Shown here one piece after another: positions 37,907 through 53,146 of a stretch of DNA of 64,000 nucleotides. The stretch's first letter is position 1; every line of letters starts with the position of its first letter. The position numbers and the translations under genes are program-made. The stretch comes from an uncultured Acidobacteriota bacterium (GTDB taxonomy: Bacteria; Acidobacteriota; Thermoanaerobaculia; UBA5066; Gp7-AA6): positions 638,319 through 702,318 of the forward strand of contig CAWJKC010000016.1 of the NCBI GenBank assembly GCA_963843325.1. The letters are read 5' to 3'. The notes under the pieces were generated by a model. The model was not told the origin of the DNA and did no database searches. It saw only the letters and a program-made list of their open reading frames with translations.

Positions 37907-39742
37907 CTAGTCCGCCGCGAGGATCGGGCTGTACGGCCCGATCACCTTGCGCCGCCACCAGGCGCCGGAGCGGCGGCGCTCGGCGGCGTCCGTGAACCGG
38001 TAGTCGTACGCCGTCGCGCGCACGTAGCGCGGCGGACGATCCGGGAAGGGGTTCGCGGCCAGCAGCCCCACGACCTCGGGTGAGCCCTCGAGCAGTCGCC
38101 CCAGGAACTGGACGAGCCACGGGTTCTCCTCGATCGTCCCGAGCGCGGCGAACCACATCTGCCAGTCGAGCCGCGGCTGGTGCGGCGCGACGAAGCGCGG
38201 GCGCGCCCCGACATCTCCGGGCTTCCAGCGGAACGCGTACGGCCGCCAGTCGGCGCCGTCGTTGCTGCCCTCGATCAGGATCTCGGGCCGCTCGGTCGTC
38301 ATCACCATGAAGAGGCCGTACCGGTTGAAGCTGCGAAAGGGCGCCAGGCGCCGCGCGGCCGCGGCCACCGGGCGCGGCAGCGCGACCGCGCGGTCGAGCG
38401 TTCCGGCGAACTCGACCGACGACGCGAACAGCACGACGCACGCGAGCGGAACGAGAACGGCCTTCGGCCACGTGCGCAGCGGGCCGGCGGAGTCCTCGGC
38501 CGCGCGCCGCCAGCGCGCACGAAGGGATTGGTCGTCGACGAGCAGGAGGGCGAGCGCGAGCGCGAGCAGGTTGAAGAACCCGTAGTTGCCCGTCGCGGCG
38601 ATGAGCAGCTGCAGCAGCACCGTCGCGCGGAAGGCGAAGAGGCGCAGGCGCCGCGGAGCGAAGTAGAGAAACGGAACGACGAGCTCGACGAAGAAGAGAA
38701 AGAGCGCCGAGAACGTCTGGAACCACGCCGGGGACTGGTGGAAGTACCAGGCGGTCCAGGGCGGCAGCGGCTGCGTCTCGTAGTGGAAGCGCAGGGCGGA
38801 GAGGTTGCGCCAGGTCGGGTCGCCGCTCGCGAGCTTGACCCAGCCCGACGAGAACATCAGCCGGAAGAGGAGCCAGCGCAGGAGCAAGAGCACGACCGGC
38901 GCCGCCGCCAGGCCGCGGCCGAATCGCCAGCGCCGCGGCGGCGCGAGAAAGATCGCGAGCAATCCGACCTCGAGCAGCAGGTAGTCCCACTGGAACTGCA
39001 GGAACACCTGTCCGGCGATCGCGAGCGAGAGATAGAGAGCCCAGCAGAGCGCCGCTGCCATCGCCGGCGCGAGCCCCAGGACCAGCAGGAGCGAGGCGAG
39101 GACGCCGCCTCCGCAGAGCAGGTGCAGGAACGCGTTGCTCGACGAGATCCAGCAGAGCGTCGGCAGGAGCCAGTACCGCTCCGCGCCGGTCTGTCCGCGC
39201 ACCCAGTCGAGGAACTGGCCGACCGGCAGAATGCCGCGGGCGCCGATGAGCCCGTCCACCTGGACCCACAGCGACACGAACGCGACGAGGTAGCAGAGGC
39301 CGAGCGCGCGGAGAAAGAGCGCGCTCGCGGCGAAATACGTGGGCCTCTCGACCGAGCGCCCCCAGAGCAGGCGCGTCAGAACGCTCGCCGCCGGCCGATG
39401 GCTCGCGACCAGCCGGTACGCCAGCTCGAGAAGGCGGCCGAGGACCGGAACCCGCGCGAGCGCAGACAGCATGCCGTCGCCCGGCGCGGGATCCAGCGTC
39501 GCCAGGACGGCCGCCGCGCCCTCGAGCACACGGCCGTCGGGCAGCACGAGCTGGAACGCGCGCGCAAATGCCTCGGGCGGGATCTCGGGAAAGCGCGCCG
39601 CGACCTCCTGCGACGGCGCGTAGTCGACGCGAGGCCCCGTCCGCGCCCGCCACCGCTCGATCCACTGGCGGCAGAACCCGCAGTCGCCGTCGAAGACGGC
39701 CAGCGGCCGTTCGGGAGGATGGGCGACGCGCACGGCTGCCAC
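37907..39742 (-). CDS. DCC1-like thiol-disulfide oxidoreductase (DUF393) fused to lipase maturation factor (LMF) family membrane domain
   Basis: N-terminal FDGDCGFCRQWIERW (DCC/DUF393), then ~480-aa polytopic LMF-like domain (..YFHQSPAWFQTF..GNYGFFNLLALAL..PRLDWQMWFAALG). 611 aa, no frame breaks. Confidence 0.7.
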   Translation of the reverse strand: MAAVRVAHPPERPLAVFDGDCGFCRQWIERWRARTGPRVDYAPSQEVAARFPEIPPEAFARAFQLVLPDGRVLEGAAAVLATLDPAPGDGMLSALARVPVLGRLLELAYRLVASHRPAASVLTRLLWGRSVERPTYFAASALFLRALGLCYLVAFVSLWVQVDGLIGARGILPVGQFLDWVRGQTGAERYWLLPTLCWISSSNAFLHLLCGGGVLASLLLVLGLAPAMAAALCWALYLSLAIAGQVFLQFQWDYLLLEVGLLAIFLAPPRRWRFGRGLAAAPVVLLLLRWLLFRLMFSSGWVKLASGDPTWRNLSALRFHYETQPLPPWTAWYFHQSPAWFQTFSALFLFFVELVVPFLYFAPRRLRLFAFRATVLLQLLIAATGNYGFFNLLALALALLLVDDQSLRARWRRAAEDSAGPLRTWPKAVLVPLACVVLFASSVEFAGTLDRAVALPRPVAAAARRLAPFRSFNRYGLFMVMTTERPEILIEGSNDGADWRPYAFRWKPGDVGARPRFVAPHQPRLDWQMWFAALGTIEENPWLVQFLGRLLEGSPEVVGLLAANPFPDRPPRYVRATAYDYRFTDAAERRRSGAWWRRKVIGPYSPILAAD

Positions 39743-39783
39743 GCGTCAAGGCTATAGTGCAGCGAACACCAAGGAGCGAAATC

Positions 39784-41739
39784 ATGCCGCTTGCTCTGCG
39801 TCGGGCCCTCCCCGTCCTTCTGCTGGCCGTGTTCGCGTGCGACACCGCCGCGCCGCCGCCGCAGCAAGCGCCGCCCCCGGTCGTGCGGGCCCAGGCGCCG
39901 CCGCCGGACGAGCCCGCCCCCGGACCCGATCCGGACATCCAGCAGACCGTCGCGCGCATCTCGCTGATCGCCGGCAACGACGTCTCCTTCTCGCGCGGCG
40001 ACGACCCGGAGAACTGGCAGCCGGCGGACCTGAACGTGCCGATGACGCTCGGCGACCGCGTCTGGACCGGAGACGGCGGCCGCATCGAGCTGCAGGTCCA
40101 TGGCGGCAGCGTGGTGCGCCTGGCCGGACGCACGGACCTGCAGGCGCTCAATCTCACGGGCTCGATGAAGCAGTTCTCCCTGACCCTCGGCACGGCCTCT
40201 TTCCAGGTTCGCCGGCTCGCCGACGACGAGGTCTTCGAGGTGGACACTCCCAACACGGCCGTCACCTTCGAGCGCCCCGGCGACTACCGGGTCGACGTGG
40301 ACGACGACGGCAACACGCGCGTCCAGGTGCGCCGCGGCCGCGCCATGGCCGCTGCCGGCGGCGGGCAGGTGGCCCTGTCGGCGGGCGACGAGATGGACGT
40401 CGATGGGACCGAGCGCCCGCGGTACGACATCGTGGCGGTGCCGCGCCCGGACGGCTGGGACCAGTGGGTCGCGCAGCGTGACCAGCAGCTGGCGCAGGCG
40501 CGCTCGTACACGTACGTCACGGCCGACATCGCGGGCGTCGAGGACCTCGACCAGTACGGGCGGTGGCAGCAGATCCCGGAATACGGCTGGACCTGGTCGC
40601 CGATCTCCGTCGAGGCCGGATGGGCGCCGTACCGGGCCGGGCCGCTGGATCTGGCAGGACCCCTGGGGCTGGACCTGGGTCGCGGCCGAGCCGTGGGGCT
40701 GGGCGCCGTACCACTACGGACGCTGGGTCTTTGCCGGGGCGCGCTGGTGCTGGGTGCCAGTGGGACCGCCCGTGCAGACCGTCGCGTATTCGCCCGCGCT
40801 CGTGGCATTCGTCGGCGGCTCGGGCGGATACGTCGGCTGGTTCCCGCTCGCGCCGCGCGATCCGTTCTATCCCTGGTGGCGCCGCGGCCCGACCGTCGCC
40901 GTGACCAACGTGACCTACGTGAATCGGACCTACGTGACGGTCGTCAACCAGACCGTCTTCGTCTCGGGCCGGAACGTTTCGCGCGACCTCGTGCACGACC
41001 GCGCGGTGATCCGGACGGTGGACGCGACTCCCGTGCTGCGCGGGCCGGTCCCTGTCGTCCCGACGCGCGACTCGATCCGGATGACCGGCCGCACCGTGGC
41101 CGCGGCGGCCCGGCCGCCCGCTGCGACCTATGCGCGGGGCGTCGTCGTGCGCGTGCCCCCGCCGGCGGCGCAGCCGCGCTTCGACGCAAAGGTTCCCGTC
41201 ATCCGCGAAAACCGCGGCGCGCCCGTCACGACCGGGGAGGCCGCGAGGATGTCGACGCAGGACCGCTCACAGCCCGCCGCGCGCGTGCGTCCGGTTGCCC
41301 CTGCGTCCGGGGACGTGACGCTGGCTCCGCGCAACGATGCCGTGAAGGGACCCCGTCCCGAGCCAGTCGCTCCGGCGCGCGGTCGGCCCGCGGCCGCCGA
41401 GCCCGTGGCCGCACCGTCGCCGCGGGCGATCGCCACGCCGCCCCGAGCGGCTGCTCCCACCGGAAGGCCAACGCCGCCGCCGCGCGTCTCTCCGGTCCCG
41501 ACCGAGCGCCCCGCCGCAGCGAGCCGGCCGCCCGCGCACCCGGTGGCGCCGCATCCGACCGCGCGCCGGGAGCCGCAACCCGAGGTGACGCCGGAACGCG
41601 CGGGCACCGAACGCGTCCAGGCCCCGCCACCCATGCACGAGAAGCCTCAGCCGGCCGAGCGCATCGCGCCGGAGCAGAAACCGGCGGAGCGGCGCGTCCG
41701 ACTCCAAAACCCACTCCGACGAAAAAGCCCAGCGGGTAG
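39784..41739 (+). CDS. FecR-domain lipoprotein with Trp-rich repeat domain and Pro-rich tail (frame broken about 40640, and possibly 41690)
   Basis: Lipobox LLLAVFAC. FecR-like [30 protein letters not shown]. After a +1 shift, [30 protein letters not shown].. Long Pro/Ala-rich C-terminus. Natural end ..[13 protein letters not shown] at 41739. Confidence 0.6.
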   Translation: MPLALRRALPVLLLAVFACDTAAPPPQQAPPPVVRAQAPPPDEPAPGPDPDIQQTVARISLIAGNDVSFSRGDDPENWQPADLNVPMTLGDRVWTGDGGRIELQVHGGSVVRLAGRTDLQALNLTGSMKQFSLTLGTASFQVRRLADDEVFEVDTPNTAVTFERPGDYRVDVDDDGNTRVQVRRGRAMAAAGGGQVALSAGDEMDVDGTERPRYDIVAVPRPDGWDQWVAQRDQQLAQARSYTYVTADIAGVEDLDQYGRWQQIPEYGWTWSPISVEAGWAPYRAGPLDLAGPLGLDLGRGRAVGLGAVPLRTLGLCRGALVLGASGTARADRRVFARARGIRRRLGRIRRLVPARAARSVLSLVAPRPDRRRDQRDLRESDLRDGRQPDRLRLGPERFARPRARPRGDPDGGRDSRAARAGPCRPDARLDPDDRPHRGRGGPAARCDLCAGRRRARAPAGGAAALRRKGSRHPRKPRRARHDRGGREDVDAGPLTARRARASGCPCVRGRDAGSAQRCREGTPSRASRSGARSARGRRARGRTVAAGDRHAAPSGCSHRKANAAAARLSGPDRAPRRSEPAARAPGGAASDRAPGAATRGDAGTRGHRTRPGPATHAREASAGRAHRAGAETGGAARPTPKPTPTKKPSG

Positions 41740-41795
41740 GGCGAGGCAGCCCAACTATCCTATTTACAATCAATGACTTATGTCTAGATCGAAAC

Positions 41796-41824
41796 TTGAC
41801 AGATCCGTATAGATTCAATATGCT
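41796..41824 (+). promoter_or_regulatory. sigma70-type promoter TTGACA-17-TATGCT upstream of sufB (near-leaderless)
   Basis: AT-rich 90-bp intergenic island. Consensus -35 and good -10 with 17-bp spacer. The -10 ends 9 nt before ATG 41834, implying a very short or absent leader. Confidence 0.5.
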
Positions 41825-41833
41825 GACCTTCCA

Positions 41834-43315
<1,482 letters not shown>

Positions 43316-43322
43316 AACGACG

Positions 43323-46662
<3,340 letters not shown>

Positions 46663-46666
46663 ACCC

Positions 46667-47158
46667 ATGTCTTCCGACCTGCGCGACCTCTACCAGGAAG
46701 TCATCCTCGACCACAGCAAGAAGCCGCGGAACTTCCACGCCCTGCCCGCCGCCAACCGCAAGGCCGAGGGCTACAACCCGCTCTGCGGCGACCGCGAGAC
46801 CGTGTACCTCGACGCTCGACGGCGACGTCGCTCGAAGGACGTCAGCTTCCAGGGCGCCGGCTGCGCGATCTCGACGGCCTCGGCCTCGATGATGACCGAG
46901 AGCGTCAAGGGCAAGACCCGCGCGGAAGCCGACGCGCTCTTCGCGCGCTTCCACGAGCTGATCACCGGCAAGCCCGGCGGCGGCAACGGCGGCCCCGAGC
47001 TCGGCAAGCTCGAGGTGTTCTCGGGCGTCCGCGAGTACCCGGTGCGCGTCAAGTGCGCCACGCTGCCCTGGCACACCCTCAAGGCCGCCCTCGACGGCGC
47101 GGGCGCCCCCGTCTCGACGGAGTCGGAAGGCCCGGCCGCGGAATCCGGAGGAGCCTGA
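46667..47158 (+). CDS. sufU: SUF-type Fe-S scaffold SufU/NifU-like
   Basis: [24 protein letters not shown] Cys-ligand pattern. A short internal stretch ([13 protein letters not shown]) looks like a compensated double indel. Confidence 0.75.
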   Translation: MSSDLRDLYQEVILDHSKKPRNFHALPAANRKAEGYNPLCGDRETVYLDARRRRRSKDVSFQGAGCAISTASASMMTESVKGKTRAEADALFARFHELITGKPGGGNGGPELGKLEVFSGVREYPVRVKCATLPWHTLKAALDGAGAPVSTESEGPAAESGGA

Positions 47159-47160
47159 CC

Positions 47161-47703
47161 ATGCAGATGCGCAAAGAAGCGACCGTCGCGCGCGACGTCG
47201 AAGCGCGCGAGATCCCGAGCGGGACGCCGATCACGCTGCACACCGGCGACCCCGTCATCATCACGCAGACGCTCGGAGGCAGCTTCACGGTCATGACGCC
47301 CGTGGGCTTTCTCGCGCGCATCGACGGGAAGGACGCCGACGCGATCGGCGAAGAGGTCGCCGTCGTCGACGCCGCGGCCAACGAGGGCAAGTCGACCGAG
47401 GAGCTCGCCTGGGACCAGCTGCGCACGTGCTTCGACCCGGAGATCCCGGTCAACATCGTCGACCTCGGCCTCGTCTACGCCTGCACGCTCTCCCCGCTGC
47501 CCGAGGGCGGCCAGAAGATCGACGTCAAGTTCACGCTCACGGCGCCGGGCTGCGGCATGGGCGACGTGCTGCGGGAGGACATCAAGGGCAAGCTGCTCAC
47601 GGTCCCCGACGTCAAGGAGGCCGACGTGCAGGTCGTCTTCGATCCGCCGTGGAGCCTGCAGATGATGTCCGACGCCGCCAAGCTCCAGCTCGGGATGATG
47701 TGA
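47161..47703 (+). CDS. DUF59 (SufT/MIP18-like) Fe-S assembly protein with ~60-aa N-terminal extension
   Basis: C-terminal FDPEIPVNIVDLGLVY..TLTAPGCGMGDVL..VVFDPPWS matches DUF59. Immediately follows sufU. Confidence 0.65.
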   Translation: MQMRKEATVARDVEAREIPSGTPITLHTGDPVIITQTLGGSFTVMTPVGFLARIDGKDADAIGEEVAVVDAAANEGKSTEELAWDQLRTCFDPEIPVNIVDLGLVYACTLSPLPEGGQKIDVKFTLTAPGCGMGDVLREDIKGKLLTVPDVKEADVQVVFDPPWSLQMMSDAAKLQLGMM

Positions 47704-47720
47704 TCGGGAGGCGCGCGCCG

Positions 47721-48201
47721 ATGAAACTGACGTCCCAGGAAGAGTACGGGCTGCGGTGCCTGCTGCGCGTCGGCCGCGCGGCGACGGGCGCAAGCCTGAC
47801 GATCGCCGAGCTCTCGCGCGCCGAGGGCATCTCCGAGCCGAACGTCGCCAAGATGATGCGCATGCTGCGCCGCGGCGGCTTCGTGAAGTCCACGCGCGGA
47901 CAGTCGGGCGGCTACACGCTGTCGCGGCCCGCCGGCGAGATCGTCGTGGGCCAGGTCCTCGCGACGCTCGGCGGCCGCCTCTACGAGCCCGCCTTCTGCG
48001 AGGGCCACTCCGGAGTCGAGCTCTCCTGCACGCACATGACCGACTGCTCGATCCGGTCGGTCTGGCGCCTGGTCCAGCGGGCCGTCGACCAGGTCCTCGG
48101 CAAGATCACGTTGAAGGACCTGCTTGAAGAGCGAGCCCGAGATGAACGCCTTCCGGCAGGGCGACATGCCCACGCTGCCGACCTACTCGCCGCAGGCCTG
48201 A
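47721..48201 (+). CDS. Rrf2 family transcriptional regulator (IscR/SufR-like), frame shift near 3' end
   Basis: MKLTSQEEYGLRCLLRVGRA...LTIAELSRAEGISEPNVAKMMRMLRRGGFVKSTRGQSGGYTLSRP Rrf2 HTH, three Cys (CEGHSGVELSCTHMTDCS). Natural C-terminus ..EMNAFRQGDMPTLPTYSPQA ends at about 48201 in the +1 frame. Confidence 0.7.
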
Positions 48202-48253
48202 CGGGAACTCCCGGGACGGGAGCGGGGTCCCTCCTTCTCAAAGGGAGGGCTCC

Positions 48254-48667
48254 ATGCGCAGCAGCCTCCGGGCCGAAATCAACGTCACGCCCCTGGTCGA
48301 CGTCTGCCTCGTCCTGCTCATCATCATGATGGTCGTCACGCCCCTGATGCATGCCCCGGTCGAGCTTCCGAAGGCGCAGGACCCGGAGGCCTGGGGCGCG
48401 GAGCCGGCCCGTTCCAAGGTGACCGTCTCCTTCGGGCCGCCCGTGGCCGTCCGGGTCGACGACGACCCGAGCCCGATGGGCGAGGAGGCGCTCGCAGACG
48501 CTGCTGCAGGCGATCCACGCCCAGGACCCGCGCCGCGAGATCTCCCTGCGGGCGGACCGACGGCTCGCCTACGGCGAGGTCAAGCGCGTGCTGCGCTTCG
48601 TGCAGGAGGCGGGATTTCCGGCGGTCGGCCTCGTGGCCGAGCGGCTCGACGCGAAGCCGGCCCAGTA
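48254..48667 (+). CDS. exbD: ExbD/TolR biopolymer transport protein (frame broken about 48495)
   Basis: EINVTPLVDVCLVLLIIMMVVTP TM; C-terminal RLAYGEVKRVLRFVQEAGFPAVGLVAERL in shifted frame. Confidence 0.7.
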
Positions 48668-48686
48668 GGGCTTGAAGTCCATGACG

Positions 48687-49692
48687 CTAAAGGCCGAATG
48701 TCTTGACGAGAAACACAGCCATCTGGCGGCGGATGTTCGGATTGGTCGGACAGTACAGCAGCGGCGAAGCCTGGCACCCACCCGTGATCGAGCGGTTGTA
48801 GATCTCCTCGATCCAGTCGGGGAATCCGACGCCGGGCGTGCAAGGGACGTCGCCGAAGATCCCCAGTGCATACGGGCGGCGTGTAGGAAGAGCCGTCGTG
48901 GGCCTTGAGCAGGAAAACTGCCATCTGCTGGCGCGTGACGGCCGCGTCGGGACAGTAGTTGCCTGCCCCGCAACCGCCGGTAATCCCCTGTGACGCCAGC
49001 TCTTCAATCCACGGATCGAATGGACCGCCCGTGCAAGGCACGTCGAGGAAGACAGTTCCCGTGCACGCAGGTGGCAGGTGGTCCGACCCGAGCTTCGCCT
49101 TGAGCAGGAAGACTGCCATCTGCGCACGGGTGACCGGGCTCTCCTGACAATAAGCTCCGCCTCCGCATCCCGCCGTGATCCCGTTACGGGAGGAGCAGAG
49201 CGCCAGTCCGTGACAAGGATAGGCTCCGTCGGAGCCCTCGAAGCTGTGGAGGGTCGTCAGCGCGTATCCGTTCGCGGCGTCGAGCTTGAAGACGGTGCCG
49301 CGGTCGTAAGTGCCGCCGTAGTAGGTCGTTCCGTAGAGGTTGCCCGAGGCGTCGGCGATCACCGCGGCCTGAGGCTGCTGCCCGTCGGGACCGGCGAAGC
49401 TGTGGAGGGTCGTCAGCGCATAGTCGTTCGCGGCGTCGAGCTTGAAGACGGTCCCTAAGCCCGCGAGCCCGCCGCCCCAGGTCGTTCCATAGAGGTTGCC
49501 CGACGCATCGGCGATGAGCGCACTTTGAGGTTGAGCCGATCTCGGGCCGAAGTCATGAAGGACCTGATACGTCTGTGCCTCGAGGGAGGAAGCGAGAAGG
49601 CAGGCGAATGTTGCCGCGCCGACAGACGCCGCCAGGCGAGCCACTCGACGCACGACCCCCAGGAATGTGCAGGTTGCCGACCTTCTCGACAC
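48687..49692 (-). CDS. secreted choice-of-anchor tandem-repeat protein with three C-terminal SLH-like domains (frame broken about 48840)
   Basis: GTG start at 49692; signal peptide. Two repeats ..SGNLYGTT.GGG..GTVFKLDAAN.YALTTLHSF.G.DG.. then three SLH-like repeats (..ITGGCG.GNYCP...VTRQQMAVFLLKA..). The third is in another frame (track ORF 48687..49127). Confidence 0.65.
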
Positions 49693-49769
49693 GGCATCCT
49701 CCTCTTCAGCAGGTCCGTCTCGTGGCGGATCGGCTCGACGCAAAGTCGGCGCCCCAGGCGCCGGAACCG

Positions 49770-50858
49770 TCAGGCCCCTTCGGGCGTGATGCCGAGCATC
49801 CGGACCGCCTCGCGCCGCTGGCGGCGCGCCTCGGCGAGGTGCTCGCGGAATTCCTTCCAGTCGCGGCGACTCTTCTCCGAGAGCTCGTTCCACTGCGCGG
49901 CCGCCCGCTCGAGCGAGTGGTGCGCGGCGTCGAGCTTCGGCGGATGGCGTCGTGCAGCGGGCGAACCGGCCAGCGCCTCGGCGCGGCCCACGGCCGTCTG
50001 CAGGCGCGAGCGCTCGATCACGAGCTGCGGCGTCTGGCGCAGCCGCTTCGCGAGCCCGATCGCGCGCAGACCGCGGATCCACCACTTGCTCGGATCCCAC
50101 TGGTACCAGCGGATGCCGTTGCGGAAGTCCGCGGGAAAGCGGTGATGGAAGTTGTGGTACCCCTCGCCGTTGGTCAGGATCGCGACCCACGGGTTGTCGC
50201 GCGCCGAGTTGGCCTCGGTGTACGGCCGCGAGCCGTACATGTGCGCGATCGAGTTCACGAAGAACGTCGTGTGGTGAATGACGACGACGCGCAGGAAGCC
50301 GCCCCACAGCAGGCCGCCGAGCGCGCTGCCCATGGCCCAGCCGATGAGCGTCGGGATTCCGAGGCCGCCGAGGATTCCGAACCACGCCGCGTGCTTGTGC
50401 TGGAACTGCACGAGCGGGTTCTTCTGCAGGTCGGGGACGTCGTCGTACTTCCGGTCGGCCGGGCCCTTGTAGAAGATCCAGAGGATGTGGGCCCACAGCC
50501 CGCCGCGCTGGATGTTGTACGGATCCCAGTCGTGGTCGACGTACCGGTGGTGGATGCGATGGTCCGAGCCCCACGCGAGAATCGAGTTCTGCAGGGCCAT
50601 GGCGCCGAAGAACAGGTAGAACGCCTGGACCAGGGGGTGGCACTCGTAGCTCTTGTGCGCGAACAGACGGTGGTAGCCGGCGGTGACGGAGAGGCCGACG
50701 AAGGCATAGAGGACGAGGAAGAGCGTCGGCTCCCACCACCGGATGCCGTACTTCCACGAATAGAGCGCCGTCCCGGCGATTCCGATCACCGGCGACAGCA
50801 TGAAGAAGGCGATGCGGACCCAGTCCTTCTTCCGAGTTTCGACGTTCTTCTGGTTCAA
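49770..50858 (-). CDS. acyl-CoA / acyl-lipid delta-9 fatty acid desaturase
   Basis: TTG start with GGAGG RBS. His boxes HRLFAH, HRIHHRY, HNFHH. 4 TM segments. 362 aa. Confidence 0.85.
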   Translation of the reverse strand: MNQKNVETRKKDWVRIAFFMLSPVIGIAGTALYSWKYGIRWWEPTLFLVLYAFVGLSVTAGYHRLFAHKSYECHPLVQAFYLFFGAMALQNSILAWGSDHRIHHRYVDHDWDPYNIQRGGLWAHILWIFYKGPADRKYDDVPDLQKNPLVQFQHKHAAWFGILGGLGIPTLIGWAMGSALGGLLWGGFLRVVVIHHTTFFVNSIAHMYGSRPYTEANSARDNPWVAILTNGEGYHNFHHRFPADFRNGIRWYQWDPSKWWIRGLRAIGLAKRLRQTPQLVIERSRLQTAVGRAEALAGSPAARRHPPKLDAAHHSLERAAAQWNELSEKSRRDWKEFREHLAEARRQRREAVRMLGITPEGA

Positions 50859-51142
50859 GCCTGAGCCTCCGGCGCGTGACGCGCGAGCACTTCCATTGCC
50901 TCTTCCTTCACATCGACCAGGATCTCCGCCGTCCGGCGGCCGTGGAGCTGCTCGAGCAGCACCCAGATCTCCGGGGCGGCGGCGCCGAGGTCCTCCAGGA
51001 ACACCGCGAGATCGCCGTCGCCGTAGAGATAGTTCACGTTGAGCGCGCTCGAGTCGGCAGCGCTCCGCAGGAGGAGCGTCGCCTTGAACTCGAACGGTTT
51101 CTTCTCCGCGGGCTGAATCCGAATCTTCCAATCCAGGCTCAT
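50855..51142 (-). CDS. hypothetical protein translationally coupled to desaturase
   Basis: 95 aa (MSLDWKIRIQPAEKKPFEFKATLLLRS..). Its last codons contain the desaturase RBS and overlap its TTG start (GCTTGA). Confidence 0.45.
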   Translation of the reverse strand: MSLDWKIRIQPAEKKPFEFKATLLLRSAADSSALNVNYLYGDGDLAVFLEDLGAAAPEIWVLLEQLHGRRTAEILVDVKEEAMEVLARHAPEAQA

Positions 51143-51182
51143 GAGGGACTCCCCCGGCCGCTCTGCGGCCGTGACCGACGCC

Positions 51183-51485
51183 TCAATACCGGTTGCGTCC
51201 ACCGCCGCCGCCACCCGGACCGCGGCCCCCGCCGCCACCCTCGGTCTTCGGACGCGCCTGGGACACGGTCAGCGCCCGGCCGCCGACTTCCTTGCCGTTC
51301 AAACCGGCGATGGCCGCGTTGCCCTCGGTGTCGTTGCCGAACTCGACGAAGCCGAAGCCCTTCGAGCGGCCGCTGTCGCGGTCCGTGATCACGGCGACGG
51401 ATTCCACGGCCCCGTAGGCCGCGAACAGGTCGCGCAGATCGCTCTCGCCGGTGCTGTAAGAAAGATTTCCCACGTACAGTTTCAT
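51183..51485 (-). CDS. RRM-type glycine-rich RNA-binding protein
   Basis: RNP2 KLYVGNL, RNP1 KGFGFVEF, C-terminal Gly-rich tail (GGGGGRGPGGGGGGR). Confidence 0.85.
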   Translation of the reverse strand: MKLYVGNLSYSTGESDLRDLFAAYGAVESVAVITDRDSGRSKGFGFVEFGNDTEGNAAIAGLNGKEVGGRALTVSQARPKTEGGGGGRGPGGGGGGRNRY

Positions 51486-51692
51486 GAAAGAAGCCCTTTC
51501 GACTCGAAGAGTCCGATGTCTCGGCGGTGTCTCAACGGAAGGCCCGCCGAGGGACCATCACGCTTTCTCGCTTGGCCGTTCGGACTTTCGGCAGGACGGG
51601 CCTGGAAAAGGGCGAGCGAACGAGAACGCCAAAAGCATAGCACGCGGGCGCCCCGGGGCCCGGGCGGGCGGGCATATGGGAAATAATGACTC

Positions 51693-53136
51693 GTGCGCAT
51701 CCTGATGCTCGCGGCCGAAGCGGCTCCGCTCGCCAAGGTCGGCGGCCTCGCCGACGTGGTCGGATCTCTGCCCAAAGCGCTGCAGGCATTGGGCCACGAC
51801 GTCCGCGTCGTCCTCCCGGGCTACGGCGCGATCGACTGGAATCGTTACAATCCTGTCGAGCGCACGCGCTTTCCGGTCTACACGACGTGGGGCGCCCCGG
51901 AAGCCCGGATCTGGGAGACGAACGTCGACGGTGTTCCCGTTCCTGCTCGTCACGGGCGACCCGATTCCGCCGGAGCGCTGGATCTACGGGCGCACGATCG
52001 AGGAGGACGCGCCGAAGTTCGTCTTCTTCTCGCTCGCCGCGCTCTTCGCGTCCGAGGCGCTCGACTGGAAGCCCGACGTCGTCCACGCGCACGATTCGCA
52101 TACCGGCGCTGCGGTCTGGTGGCTCGGCACGGAGGGGCGCGACAACCCCTGGTTTCGCGACGTGGCGTCCGTCTTCACCATCCACAACCTCCCCTACGCC
52201 GCGCAGGGCGCGGGCAAGGCGCTCGGCGACTACAAGCTGCGCAAGAGCGACGCGCTCTCCGTGCTGCCCGCCGAGTACCGCGACTCGCTCATGGCGCTCG
52301 GCATCCTCGGCGCCGACTGGCTCACGACGGTCAGTCCGACGTACGCCCGCGAGATCCTGACGCCGGAAGGCGGGCACGGCCTCGACGGCGTGCTGCGCGC
52401 GCGCGCGGATCGCCTCGCTGGCATCCTGAACGGCATCGACGCGGAGTCGTGGAACCCGGCGACCGACGCCGACCTCGCGGCGACGTACGACACGTCCACG
52501 CTCGCGCGGCGCGCGCGCGACAAGACCGAGCTGCAGCGGGAGTCCGGCCTCGAGCCCGACGCGCGGATGCCGCTGCTCGCCGTCGTCTCGCGGCTGGTCA
52601 AGGAGAAGGGCTTCGACATCGCGGTTCCCGCGATCAAGCGCTGGCTCGACCGCGGCGGACAGTTCGTCCTGCTCGGCACGGGCGACCCCGCGCTCGAGCA
52701 CGACTACGCGCAGTTCGAGCTGCGCTACCCGCACCGGGCGAGCGTGCGCCTGCGCTTCGACGCCCGCTACGCGCGGCGCGTCTACGCCGGCGCCGACGCG
52801 CTCCTGGTTCCCTCGCGCTACGAGCCCTGCGGCCTGGCCCAGATGATCGCGATGCGCTACGGCGCCGTGCCGGTGGCGCGGCGCACGGGGGGACTGGCCG
52901 ACACGGTGACCGACGCCGGCGACCCGAGCGGGGCGGGAACCGGCCTGATGTTCGACGAATTCAACCCGTGGGCGCTGTGGGACGCCCTCGACCGGGCCCT
53001 CAAGGTGTACGCTCAACCCGCGAAATGGGCCGAGCTCCAGAAGAACGGCATGGGACGCGACTTCTCGTGGTCGAGGTCGGGCCGGGAGTACGCCACCCTG
53101 TACGAGAAAGCCGTGGCGGCGCGTTCTGCCGGATAG
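51693..53136 (+). CDS. glgA: glycogen synthase (frame broken about 51940)
   Basis: GTG start; [30 protein letters not shown]; after +1 shift GT5 body to ..[20 protein letters not shown]-glucose motif. Confidence 0.8.
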
Positions 53137-53146
53137 GGCCCCGCTC

